Source: the human T2T-CHM13v2.0 reference genome, Homo sapiens
Length of the DNA stretch: 64,000 nucleotides
Direction: 5' to 3' (one strand)
Assembly: GCF_009914755.1 (NCBI RefSeq)
Contig: NC_060930.1
Shown: positions 1 to 13,910 of the stretch, piece after piece
Position numbering within the stretch: position 1 is the first letter of the stretch
How the letters are laid out: every line of letters starts with the position of its first letter
Notes under the pieces: generated by a model
Database searches by the model: none
The model's input: the letters and a program-made list of their open reading frames with translations, nothing else
What the model was told of the DNA's origin: nothing
Program-made: the position numbers and the translations under genes

Positions 1-28
1 TACCCTGTCAAAAAAAAAAAAAAAAAAA
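1..28 (+). mobile_element. 3' end and poly(A) tail of an Alu
   Basis: accctgtc followed by a long A run. Confidence 0.6.
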
Positions 29-2129
29 TCTCAGTTTTAAGACTGTGAGTTGAGGATAAAACCCATTTGTGTAATATGGCGTTTTAAAAGTAAGTACCAG
101 AGTCTAAATCTATTGTCATCATTTAAATCCACCCAAGATTTGCCAAGAATTTCTGAAAAGAAAATCAAAAGCATTCTGGTAAACTTCTAACTAGTTCTGT
201 ATGGATTATTCACGTTATAGATTGGCCATTACATAAGAAACAACTTCCCAAATCAGGACTCACATGGGGGCATTAGAAGCACAGTCTCTGCCCAAAGCAA
301 CCAGACTACTTCCTTTCTTTCCATATAACTATATTTTTCATGGATAGTCTCTGTTTTCAAATTTCCACTTGTTTACCCTCGTTGGCACAGATCATAAAGA
401 GTTGCCGCATGAGGGTGATTATAGGGTGCCAGAAGTTATATAACGCACACTCTGTTGTCTTTGAGGTAATAGCCTTAGGAGGCCACACCACTGCTATATT
501 ATATTACAGGGTGGCTATTTCTTAACCTCTTTGGAATTGACTCAGAATCTCTTAATGAACTACATAGGAATTTTAGTCATTATTTGGCTTCTGGTCATGA
601 ATAAAATTACCCCAAACCTGTTACCCACCTTACTCACTACTCTTGGCTTCTCATGACCTCATATTTGTTTCCGTAATCAGAATAATAGGAAACAATTCTA
701 AACCAGGAGTTCTATAAACGGGTTCAGCTGTGGGAGTAAAATAGGAGTAATTTCATAGCTTCTCCGTATAATTGCACTGTATCTGTAAGAGTAGAAGACG
801 TCAATCTTAAAAGATTTGAGGAGGTTATTTCCACACATTAAAAGGTAAAGTTAAATATCATTCATTTTTCAGAGGTAAATAATGATAAATAAAGAGAGAT
901 ATACATCACGATATTAAAAAGGACTTTAATGTTATAATTTAAAAAGTCTCTAAACTTGTATTCATTTTAGTGGTGTATAAAAGGAAAATAACAACGAATA
1001 AATTTACATATTGATTTGTGGAGAAGTCACATCTTATCCCAAAATCATGACATTATCAATTAATCAATATCACTATCGTAAAACTGAATGACTTAAAAAT
1101 GAAAGAGCATTTAATATTTTTCGCCAAATTTAATAGGCTAAGTGGTTTACTTTAAACTCTGTTTTGAATCAATTTAGATTCGTAAGTTTGAATCTCATCT
1201 GTGCCTTTAAAAAATTATTTAATTTCTTTTTAAATGACTTAATGTATTGAAATTATACCTAATGGCTAATTTGTAATGAAATTATTCAAAATACTTACAA
1301 AATTTACTCTAAAGTGATCTGAAATACAGATTTATTTATTGAATGTTAACATGAAGTTTTGAGAAATATGTTAATAATGTACTAAAGTAAAATGCTAGTA
1401 TTTTATTATGAACGTTTACACTTAAAAACCTTGAGAGTGCATTATCATAAAATTCACAATAAAGTGTAAAGTCCAGTAAGAAACTTATTAAGTATATTCA
1501 TGATATAATGGTGAACTAACTCCTAGGGTTCCAACTAAATGTGCAATTAGTAGGTTATGGTTTCCATCTTTTACAATTACATGTTCCATTGTTTATAGAT
1601 ATACTACAATAAACATTCCTCAAATACTGGTCATGATAAATTAGCAAAGAAATCAATTGAACAACTTTTAAAAGATGTGTGCTACTATAACTTTAGCAAA
1701 TATTCATTAGGAAATAAATGAAATATTTTTTTTTTTCAAAGAAGATGTGAGAAACAGCTTCTGATAAGAAATGTCTGGTGTCTGCTGCTACTCTCCTACC
1801 ACTCTGTCCCCACATCTGTTTTCAGTTGCCTTTACAACAAATCTTTAGGCTAGCTCAGCTCAAAAATTGGATCTCATCAAGCAAGGGGAGTGGAATGGGC
1901 TTGATCTATTAAATTAAGGCAGCCACCAAAGATGACTTAAGCCTCACCTCTGTCTCTGCTCTAGAGTTAGGCACCATTAAGCCTCCTATTGTACTTGTGT
2001 TGATCACTCAGATTCGTATCCCGACTTCACCCTGCATTGCCCTATCCAGGGGAATTCAGGCCTTTGCCTTTTTTTGTTTTGAAAGCTGACAGTTCAGGAA
2101 TAAGAAAATTGAAAATCACCATTAGATAA

Positions 2130-2905
2130 ATATTATAGAAATAGTTATTGATAGCAAGATCTACCCGTGGGTATTAAAATAAGTGGATAAGAGATGAAGG
2201 AGACATAGGATATTTATATTGTCTCAAAGTATTTCACCCAAGATATTTATTAATTACGAAGAAAAAGATAGTCACTTTACAGTGAAAAAATCAAGCAGGT
2301 ACCAGTTGATGATTCAGTTAATGTCAACAGTAACAGGATACATGTATATCAAATGGTTGAGGTTAATATCAACAGTAATAAAATATATCCATATTATGTT
2401 TCCTAATGTAATAGTAATAGGGCATATTGAAATGATGTATCCCTATATGATGGTATTCATGTTAACAATGCATAATCTTAATCTAATGAGAAGATATCAG
2501 ATGAGTGCAAGCTGAGAAACATTTTACAAAATAACTGACCAGTAATCTTCAAAAATTTCAAGGTCATGAAAGGCAAGGAAAGACCAAGAGACTATCACAC
2601 ACTGGAGGAGATTAAGGAGATATGACGAACAATTACAATGTGGGATCTTGGTTTGGATCTTGGAACAGAATAAGGACATTATTGAAAAAACCTTGAAATT
2701 CAAATAAAATTTGTAGTTAGTTAATACTATAATAATATTAATTCCTTGGTTTTGATAAATGTACTATGATTATATAAGAAGTTGATATTGGGAAGGCTGG
2801 GGAAAGTGTATAGAAACTCTCCTATACACGATAGTACAGGGTGTACAATTTTTGCCTCTTTTTCTATAATTCTTAATAAGTTCAAAATTTTAAAAGTTAT
2901 TTCTT
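2130..2905 (+). mobile_element. Old L1 (L1MC-like) 3' region
   Basis: L1MC-type 3' UTR motifs (gtcatgaaaggcaaggaaagac, tgtgggatcttggtttggatcttggaacag). Confidence 0.7.
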
Positions 2906-2944
2906 AAAAAAGGAAAGTTGACAGCCCAAATCAATATAATTCAA

Positions 2945-3060
2945 CTGCATTGACTAAACATAATTACTGAGCATCAACTCTGTGTTAAGCATTGCAGAGG
3001 ATACAATGATGAGAAAACGGAATTTCTGCCTTCAAACAATTTACAGTTTGGTGAGAGCAA
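2945..3060 (-). mobile_element. L2 3' fragment
   Basis: ttactgagcatcaactctgtg...ctgccttcaaacaatttacagt pattern. Confidence 0.5.
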
Positions 3061-3259
3061 TGAAATAAATTAAGGTAGCTATATGAGAGTTGGCACAAAG
3101 AGGACAGAAATGACCTCCTGTTGGGACTCTGTGTGTGTGTGTGTGTTTTGGGTGAGGTGGTAGATTTAGAAAAGTTTTTTTGTGAGCATAACATGAACTA
3201 GAACTTGATTACTCCAGGTGTAACCAGAACTTGGTTACTCCAGGTGATTCATTAGTAGA

Positions 3260-5897
3260 TGTCTTGGTCAGGTCAGGCTGCCATAACAAAATTCCATAGA
3301 CTGGATGGCTTAAACAATGGAAACCTCACAGTTCTGGAGGCTGGAAGTTTCAGATCTTGGTGCTGGCTGATGTGGTTACTGGGGAGGCCCTCTTTCTGGG
3401 AGCTCATGTGCTCTCTCCCCACCATGTGAGAACATGGCAAGAAGGCAGCCACCTACAAACCAGAAAGAGGGCCTCCTCAGTAACCACATCAGCCAGCACC
3501 AACATCTGAAACTTCCAGCCTTCTTAGAAGGACATTAGTCCTATTGGATTATGGCCAGGCCCTAAAGACCTTCTTTAACCTTAATTACCTTCATACAGGC
3601 CCTGTTTTCAAATATACTTATTGGGGATATGGACTTCAATGTATGAATTATGGAGGGACACACACATTTAGTCTGTGACATTCCACCCCTGGCCCCCCAA
3701 AATGTATGTCCTTTTTTAGTGCAAAATGCATTCATTCCATCCTATCGCCCCAAAAGTCTTAATGCATCAAGCATCAACTCTAAAGTCTAAATTCTAAAAT
3801 CTCATCTAAATATTATTTAAGTCAGATGGATGAGACTCAAGGTATGATTCATCATGAGGCAAAATTCCTCTCCAGCTGTGAACCTGTGAAACCCGACAAG
3901 CTAATGGGCTTCCAAAATACAATGATGAGACAGTTATAGGATAGACGTTCCCATCACAAAAGGGAAAAATCGGAAGGAATGAAGGGGTGATGGATCCCGA
4001 ACAAGTCAAACTTAGCAAGGCAAATTTCCATTCAATCTTAAGGTTGGAGAATAATTGTCTTTGGCTTGAATAATCCTCTTTGCCTTGAATAATCCTCGTT
4101 GACTTTCCAGGCCTGGGGTTGGCAGCATCACTGCCACAGCTCTGCAGGGTGGCCCCACCTTGTGGGTCTCTGAGGCAGCTCCACTCTCTGAAACCAAGCA
4201 GGAAAGAGCCTTACCCACCTGTCTTCCCCTCCCCTTGGGCCTGTGGTGGGAGTGGCAGTTCTGATCATCTCTGAATTGCTTTCAGAGTCATTCTTCCCTT
4301 TCTTTGAAGACTAGTTCGTGTTCATAGACAAAGAGCTCTATGGTCTGGTCCTGTAGAACCCAAGAAGTTCGACAGCCTTCTGTTATTCCATCCCATTTTC
4401 TGTCTCCCCTATTTTTCAAACTGGCAGAGTCTCTGCTGGTGTAATCCTACTCCTGGCTGTGCTGAGATGGCTGATTACATTCATGAATTGCACCTATGCT
4501 CTCTATCAAGCAGTTGTTCAGCCATACCCTTAATGCTTAGTTGCTTAGTGTTCTCTTCAAAACAAACTTTCTTTCCTTTTTTTTTTTTTTTTTGGAATGT
4601 GGATGGGCTGAGAAATTTCCAAATCTCTCAGTTCTGGTTCCTTTATACTTAACAGTTCCTTCTTCCATTCATCTCTTTCCTCTTGAATTTGACTATAAGC
4701 AGTGAGAACCAAAGCTACACGTTTAATACTCTGCTGAGTGTCCAGTTTTATTGCTCACAATTCCTGCTTTCTACAAAACACTAAAGGACAATTCAGGCAA
4801 GGTCTTTGCCACTTTATAACAAGGATCAACTTTCCTCTAAGTTTTAATCAGCTGTTCCTCATTTCCATCTGGGCCCTCATCAGAATGACCTTTAACGTCC
4901 ATATTTTTGCTAACATTCAGTTTATAATTATGTATGTATTTACTAAGAAGATGAAAGCCTTCTCTCCAGCTCTCCTCTTTTCTTTGTGAGCTTTCACCAG
5001 TGTTGCCTTTAATGTTCATATTTCTACCTATGCTCTCTTAATGGCAATCTTAGCTTTTTCTAGCATGTACCTCCAGCTCTTGCAGCCTCTACCCATCACT
5101 GAGTTCCAAAACCACTTTAGAACTTTTAGGGTTTTTGTTTTTTTTGTTTTTAGGTACTTTTTTACAGCTTTACCCCACTTCTTAATCCCAAAATCTGTCA
5201 TAATCAGTTCAGGCTGCCATAATAAAATGCCATAGTGGTATTAAACAACAGAATAAGTAACTTAAACGACATGAATTTATTTTCTCACAGTTCTGGATGC
5301 TAGAAGTCCCAGAGTGAGGTGCCAGCCAGTTCGGTTCTTGGCTTTCTTCCTGGCTGTAGACAGACACCTTCTTGCTGTGTGCTCCTGTGGTGGAGAGAGA
5401 CAGTATGAGATCTCTCGTGTCTCTTCTTATAAGGACATGAATCTTATAGGATCAGAGCCCAACTCTTACATTCTTGTTTAACCTTACTTACCTCAATAGG
5501 TAAGGACATAAGACATAAACAAGGACATAAGAGTGGGGTTCTGATCCTATAGGTCAGATCCTGTAGACCCGGTAGGGTCTTCAAAGGCCCTATCTCTAAA
5601 TAGTTATATTGGGGGTTGGATATTCAATATTCAAAACACTAGAGCACAATTCAGGCAAGTTCTTTGCCACCTTATAACAAGGATCACCTTTTCTCCAAGT
5701 TTTTATAACCTGCTGCTCATTTCCATCTGGGTCCTCATCCAAATGACCTTTAACGCCCGTATTTCTACCAACATTCAGTTCACGATTGTTTAGTATTCAC
5801 TAAGAAGATGAAAGCGTTCTCTCAGGCCTTCTCCCTTTTCTTTTGGAGCTCTCAGATTTGAGGGATTTTGAGGGGATACAACATTAAGTTAATAAGA
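3260..5897 (-). mobile_element. Two-LTR MaLR provirus (MLT1A-like LTR-int-LTR)
   Basis: LTRs at 3260-3679 and 5195-5897 both begin tgtc...caggctgccataa; MaLR internal sequence between; 5-bp TSD GTAGA at 3255-3259 and 5898-5902. Confidence 0.85.
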
Positions 5898-6327
5898 GTA
5901 GACAGCCTTTACTTTGGGAAAACTGAATGAGTCACTTGCTCAGGAGAAAGGAATAGGGATACTGATGAGTTTCATGGGGAGTCTACAGTGAGGGCTTATA
6001 GGGCTGTGTGGAAGGCGTAGATGTGTTTATTGTCAGAATAGCCAGAAGGATTTCTCATAGTTATGCTACTAGCATTTTGATAAAGTCTCAGTAATTGCAA
6101 CTACTGAGGTTTTCATAAACTTTATTCCAAACCACATACCTTTGTGGTTTTTACTTGAGTCTTGTTTTCTAGAGAGACAAGATAATGACAATGAACACAT
6201 TTTTATTCATCACTTTAAACTTGTGCTGCCTCTTGGGCTTAAATTTTCTAATATTATTTATTTAAGAAAAAGCACCAATTTTATACAGAATGTAATACTT
6301 TCATCTTTATACATGACAAAGTATTAG

Positions 6328-6782
<455 letters not shown>

Positions 6783-6785
6783 TAA

Positions 6786-7064
6786 TTTTTTTTTTTTTTT
6801 TGAGACAGAGTCTACTCTATCACCCTGGCTGGAGTGCAGTGACATGATCTCAGCTCATTGCAACCTCTGCCTCCCAAGTTCAAGGTATCCTCATGCCTCA
6901 GCCTCCCAAGTCCAGGACCACGCCTGGCTAATTTTTGTAATTTTTGTAGAGACGGAGTTTCGCCATGTTGGGCAGACTTGTCTCAAACTCCTGACCTCGA
7001 GTGATCCACGCATCTCTGCCTCCCAAAGTGATGGGATTACAGGGGTGAGCCACTGCGCCCAGCC
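6786..7064 (-). mobile_element. AluS with internal deletion
   Basis: Alu dimer; TSD tcaccagaaa(a)tttt flanks the pair of Alus. Confidence 0.9.
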
Positions 7065-7189
7065 TTCACCAGAAAATTTTATATGTATATAAACATAGAG
7101 TAAGCATTTTTTAATAGAAGAAAGTTAAAAAGACACACTAAGATCCACTAAGATTATTTCATAGACATAAGTAGACAGCCTAGTGTTTT

Positions 7190-7405
7190 TAAAAATAAAA
7201 GTATATAAGTTTTGGTGTCAGAAGTCCTAGTTTCCGATACAGTCTTTGGCACTTTCTGGCTATATATGCTTTGGAAAGTGACAACCTCCTGGGGCTTCAA
7301 TTTCCTCATCTGAGGAAAATGGAAGCTTTATCCCCTGCCGTACCTACCTTACAAAATTGTCAGAATCAGAAGACGTCATGCCCAAGAAAGGACTTTGTAA
7401 AGTAT
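7190..7405 (+). mobile_element. MIR
   Basis: core cttcaatttcctcatctgaggaaaatgg. Confidence 0.65.
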
Positions 7406-7664
7406 TGATTTCACTCATTATTTCATTACTATAATAGTGGTAATTTTCTAATATTTATCACTTTCATTTCATAACTAAAGATGATAGGAAAAATCTAGAA
7501 GTATCAGAGTTAGCATAAAAAATGATAGGAATGATAAAAAGCACTTGTGAAAAGATTTGAGTGATTTGTAGTGATTATGCATGAGAAAGAGAAGGCTAGT
7601 AGGTAATCCAATAATTGTCTTAAAGCACTTGAAAACTACTCCAGTGAGCTAATACTGATGACCA

Positions 7665-7780
7665 GACTAGGAAAGTTCAGCATGAGTTATTTAGGCTAAC
7701 TAAACCAAATAACTTTCCAGTAGTGAGGTTACTACAAAGTAGAATTGGCCTCTGGGGAGGCTGTGGAATCCCATTTGTGA
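7665..7780 (+). mobile_element. Possible L3/CR1 3' fragment
   Basis: aactttccagtagtgagg...ggaggctgtggaatcccat resembles the CR1 3' end. Confidence 0.4.
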
Positions 7781-9012
7781 CAGCTGTCCCATTGCCTGGG
7801 GATAGCTAACCTCCAGTCTTGCCTGGAGTCAAGGACTGTTAACTCCAGAGACTCAGGGCTCCCACCCCTTCAGCTTTGTGCTCTGTGCCTCCGTATGGAT
7901 CTAGGGTGTTGGGTTAGTGGGCAAGGGAACTTCTTATTTTCCTGGTCATAATTGTTTACTTACAGAAGAAGAAGCAAGCAGTTGAAAGACACACCCTAAA
8001 TATATAATGCATCAAGTGTATTTTCTTCCTTGAAATACACTTTACTTTTCCTTGGAAAGTAAAATGTCCAATTTTTATTTTAAAATATTGGAAACAATAT
8101 TGTTTACTGAGTATAGTAAACAACAGAACATACTTCTTTCCAAGGTTATTTTCATTTAAAGTGATTGAGATGTGAAAGAAGACAAGAAAAAAGAGGTAGA
8201 CTAGGAAGAGAGGGGCAAAGGGAAGGAGTCTGGAGTGTAGGGATTCAGACAGGCAAAGGCAGTGACCCATGGGGAGGAGTGGAGGAGGCGGAGAGGTAAG
8301 GCAAGGAAGGAGGACGTGGAGTGGGAATATTTTAGGTTTAGTAAAGGGTACACCCCACTCTTCCTTTGGACTGTGGAAATTGGCATTGTTATCCTTTATC
8401 CTCTGCTTTCAAAGAGTTAGTTAGCTGGTTAATCACTATGTTCACATCTTCAACTATCTGATACCTTTACTTTGGTCCATTACTTGAGAGGGTCACCAGA
8501 TTGGACACTAGAAGTTATTTTCTATGCTTTGGTAGCAGTGACAAAGCCGTTTTATTCAGATTAAATTGAACCAAATGTTCTCAAACTAGAAGTTCTCCAC
8601 TTCAACTGTATGGAGAGGATAACGTGAATCAACTTTTTTATTTCTAGAATTTCAACCAGTATTAGTATAATACGTTACTCTAAAAGCATTGCTTCATTAT
8701 TTGTTTTATTATAATAAAAAATTGTCTTATAAGCTACATTTCTAGCCTTAAAGACTTAAAAATTGAGACTGTACCGTGAATAGTAAGTGTCACTGTGGAT
8801 CCTTTTTGGAAACAGGAGAAGAAAATATCTATCTGTATGTCTGCCTATCTGTCTATCTATCTGTCCATCATCCAATGTTTTGATTTTTTTTTTTGGAGAA
8901 ATTATTTCCCATTTTTCCAAAGCCTTGGTAATACTTAGAGTTAAATTTCTTAACTAGATTAATTGCAGAATGGATTCAAGAGATGCTAAATGGAGATCCT
9001 TAAGAAAGTGGG

Positions 9013-9130
9013 CTATATATTGTGTACAGTGCACATTGCTCAGGTGACAGGTACAACAAAACCTCAGAAATCACCACTAAAGAACTTACTGTACCCCTAA
9101 AACTGTTGAAATAAAAATTTAAAATTAAAA
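9013..9130 (+). mobile_element. Very short 5'-truncated L1PB-like 3' end
   Basis: ctcagaaatcaccactaaagaactta motif; TSD aagaaagtggg at 9002 and 9472 encloses the L1 piece plus the Alu. Confidence 0.75.
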
Positions 9131-9155
9131 AAATATTTTTAAGTTAAAAAAAAGA

Positions 9156-9497
<342 letters not shown>

Positions 9498-11799
9498 TTA
9501 TCTTTGATCATCTAACTAAGGCTTTGCTATCAACTAATTTTGATCTTCCACTTCAGAGAATAGTTCTATTTTATTATTCAGTGAATAAGTATGTGTGTGG
9601 GCCTAACTGCATGGATGCTATAGATCTCTTACTTTAAGTAATGTAGTTATTACATAAAGACTGCTTTGTAGAAAGTTATTTGCTAAGTTGCACTTTAGAT
9701 TTTTCATTACGTAAGGCACTGTAGTTCAGTCTTTAAAAAATTCAGTAGTTATTTTTTGCTTTGCTCAGGTCTTTTTGAGGCAAACAAAACCAACCAACCA
9801 TAAAACAAACAAAAAAATTTTCTCTGGTTGTATTTCCCAAAAGACTTATATATTGGTACCTGGGGACCACTCAGTTTTCAAAACTGAGTATCCAAAGCTG
9901 TCTTGAGGACACATAAGGCTTAGTAGTCATGAACATATTTGTTATCAAGTTAATTATACTTTCTATCCAAGGGACTTCTAAGGAACTGCAAAATTGTCAT
10001 CTATTGTAAAGGAAATTTTAATTCCCAGGGAAAATTAGAGAAAGAGGTTTAAATTGTTCTAATTTATCTTGGAATTGAAGTAATATTTAAATTAAAACAT
10101 TGTGCTTCTGAATTCTATTGTGGAAAACCAGTCTTTGCCTAGGGCCCACTGATTTCAATTTTCAGTTCTGCCCCTGGTGTCTGCCCCTACTTTGTCTTGC
10201 AGTCTTGCATCTTACCAGACAAACAATCTGAGATTAACCATCAGTAGTTAAGATTGAGTGACTGGACAATAGCGATAACTGCCAGTGAGATAATAACTGA
10301 ACTTTCTTGGCATGCTTCTCATACCAGCTTTCTGAAGGTATGTGTGACAGTTTTCCAGAATGACTCCCAATGAAACTTTGTTTTTGTGGAATTCATGGCC
10401 CTTATTTCACTCTAGATTCTTTTAAACTAAGCCTTAGGGTTTTATATTCCTGTAGCCTTATACCATTAATATTTAGAAGGATTTTCCAGTGATTTATGAG
10501 ATGGGAGCATTGGCTTAGAAAAATTGATCCATTTTAGAATTGAGGGAGTAAATCACTGAACATTTTAACCTAGTTTACTAGACAGTCTCTTTCTTTTGTT
10601 TTTAAATATATCCATTCTGAATCTTATATTGATTTTGAAACTGGTTATTGCTCCTATGTAACTGTTTAAGTAAATTCAGAGCACTGTATCTTTGGAGATA
10701 CAATTATTATAGGATTTAATTTCATTAACTCTTGCAAAGACCTTTGGACTTTTGAGATTACAAAAGCAGTGTTTTTGGATAATGGGAGGTAACTAACCTG
10801 ACTTGATCTACTGCACATCCTATTTCGTACTTCATGAAAAAGACTGGGTATTCTCTACTCTTATCTTGAACACAAAGACACATCAGCATGCACATCAGCA
10901 TGTGAGCTAGGAATGGGAGAAGTGTGTGGGAATGTAATGTATCTGAAAGAATGGAAAATTTTGTCTTTCTCTCCCTTTTTCTTGGATTATTTAAATTTTT
11001 TTATGTCACAAAGTAGCAGAATAAAATTTCCATCATAAAGTATTTTACTCTATTATAACCTCAATTTTACTGAGTCAGAATATGCTCAGGGCTGACACAG
11101 GAGGGAGAAGATGTTTCCGTTGTATGGTAAGTCTGAGAAGAAGCAGATTGGTGTCTCTGTTCCCAGTTTTTGAAGTGAATTTCTGGAGTAAGCATCCTAA
11201 ATTGAGAAAGAACATAAATATTTCTGTATGGAAATGTTAGAAAACAAGATTCTGGTAATTAGTATGAAATTTTACTATTCATCCCTTTAGATTGTCGTGG
11301 TTGCATTAATTGACCAACATTGCTTTTTAAAAATGCTGTCACTTCTCCTTGTTTATATCTATTTTTGCTTTTTTCCATACATTTGACATTTTCTTTAAAA
11401 TCTGGGCATAATCTTTGTTATACAAATTTTACTCTGGTTCCTTATAAAATGCTGATTAAAAATATTTTTATGTGGAGTTGAAATCAATGTGTCAAGATTC
11501 TTCATTGTATTTTCCTTCAAAAAAGGCTGCTGTAACATAGGACCAAATGTTAAGGGTGCTTGCTGGCATAACTCCAAAGCAGTGTTTTTGGATAACAGGA
11601 GTCTTTAATTCTTAGGTATAATTGATATTTTTAGTTAGTACTTTTCTTTTCAGCTTTGTTTTTGGTTTGATTTGGGGTATATGTATGTATGTATGTTTCT
11701 ATAACAAGTTTTGAATTTTTTTGAAGACTTATCTTCTTAGGCCACCAAAGCAAATTAGTTCAGTAATTATAGTCTCAGTTTACCTTGTTTCCCTCTCAG

Positions 11800-11919
11800 T
11801 GGGTCAACCAAAACCGCATGGCGTACTACTCTCTGAAGCCTCTACTACCCTGCTCCTCCGTGTTGACATGTGGTCAGGCAAGCCAGGACTTACTCACATC
11901 AGCTACATCAGTTACTGGG
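11800..11919 (+). CDS. Internal coding exon of an unidentified large host gene (WVNQNRMAYYSLKPLLPCSSVLTCGQASQDLLTSATSVTG)
   Basis: Acceptor ttgtttccctctcag|TGG and donor GGG|gtaaga; 120 nt = 40 codons open in phase 0; raised GC and retained CpGs relative to AT-rich flanks; not repeat-like. Confidence 0.8.
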
Positions 11920-12949
11920 GTAAGAAACTCTGGGCTTTTCAGATACTGTCCTCCAGAAACACCAGCACCAGCCTTTGGGTTTAAGATCACCTGGTGAGAT
12001 TGATTATCTTTAGGGAATGGTGCAGATGGGATAGTTTCTAGACAATTTGGGAACCTCAGAAATGGGAGTACTTATATTAGAATGACATAAAATAACTTTT
12101 TGCCCCAGGGATCTTGCAGTAAAGATTATCATCACAGTTGGCCATACCATGAACTTTTCTAAGTTATTTAAATTTACCTTGAAATGTTATCAGTGTCTGC
12201 TGTCACAGAGAATAAATGTATCTGGTATTAACATTTTACTCATGCTTGCCTTGCCTTTACTAAATCTTATCTTGTAATTGAAGAACTTGACTATTTTTAA
12301 TTCTGAATACAATATGCCTCAGAATAAGGTTTTAAGCTTTAGGTAAGGTAAAGTTTAACTTTAGTTTGTATCTGTGACACCTAACACAATACTAAGGAAT
12401 TCAACTGAATGAGAAATTTATTCTAGGCATCCACCATGTTCAAAACATACTAAGTACCTAGGAATTACTTATAGAATAGATGTAACTCTATTGAACTATA
12501 AATCAAATATCAACATACAAAGTTGAGTGAGCAGACTTGTTTGCCTCTTTTCATTTTTTGTTACACTGATGGATACCACATGTCTTAGGTGATTGGGGGT
12601 GCGGTGGCTAGTAATTACTGCCATTATTGTCTGTGATACAGCAGTGTTCAGATAGCAGCTATTCTGCTTATAATCAGATGAACAAGATATTATGTTTGGC
12701 TTTGTTTATGGAAAAAAAGACATTTTATTAAATTGTGGTTAGAGGCCTGTTAGCATAAAGGATGAATGGTTTCTTGGAATTACAACTTGAATATTTTGAG
12801 AGAAACAAATGAAAAGTATCTCACTGTAGGGCTGAATTGGTTTGTGACCTTGCTTCTCTAGCTGAAATCTATTGACTCTCTCAGAAGTATTGCTAGGAGA
12901 AGAAATAATCCTATAAAAGGACATTAAGCAATGCTAAGAAAAAGATGAT

Positions 12950-13140
12950 GATAATAATAATGCTTTCAGCTCACCATGTGCCAAACATCATATTAAACAC
13001 TTTAAGTGCATTATTACATTGAATTCTCACAACCCTACACCATATCCTCATTTTACAGATGGAGAAAATTGAAGCCTAGAAAGATCAAGAAACTTTCTCC
13101 AGGCCATAAATAGAGGAATCAGGATTCAAATCAGATAGAC
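12950..13140 (-). mobile_element. MIR
   Basis: cctcattttacagatggagaaaattgaagcc. Confidence 0.7.
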
Positions 13141-13910
13141 CCCAGGGCTTGTTCTCTTCAACACCACATTACCCTACATTATTATTCAATTATTAAATAA
13201 AACCTTGCATTAGTGGCATTTCCAAATGCATAACAAAAAAAATAAAAAAAAGTAACACTGGTCATATGTATCGTATTTTTTATAAAAATTACATTATTCC
13301 ATTTGTTTTTCTGGAAATTTTTATTGCATTGAGTTGCTAGAATACCATAATATAAAACTTGGCATTTTCTCAATAAATGTGTATGATGCTGTAGTAGGTG
13401 TTTAAGATGTCTTTGGAACAACATTTAATTTGTAAGATCTTTTTTATTAATGTGCTGAATTAAGTAATTATTTCTTTCCCACTTTGGGTATGTTCCATAT
13501 TTAATTTTCTGCTGCTTTCAAGAAGCCATACAATAGAATTCTTAATCCCGTTTTGACTCAACTTCTTTCCAAAAACTAAAATAAAAATAAAAGACATGAA
13601 GCACTTCTTTTATCTTATTAGAAAAGCCAATAAAATGAAAGAATCTTCAAAGCAATTTTTTCAAAATATAAAATTGGCAGAGTATTTTGTTTATGAAACT
13701 ATGGAAACCAAGTTGAGATTTATAAACAAGGACTTCAAAACTTGTTTTGCTAATGCAGTGTCACTCAAGAATTCACTGAACCTCACAAGGTAAACTTGCA
13801 GAGAATGTTTGTTTTGGGAAATGATGATGATGACAGGCAAGAATTTTCTAGGTAGAAAATTGAATTTTAATTCAGCTACCATACAATTCACTCTTTTAAA
13901 GTATGAAAGT

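Noticed and set aside
11800-11919. Gene symbol for the host exon; also a second open frame (GQPKPHGVLL...)
   Set aside because: I do not recognise the peptide with confidence. Phase 0 is preferred but cannot be proven without neighbouring exons.
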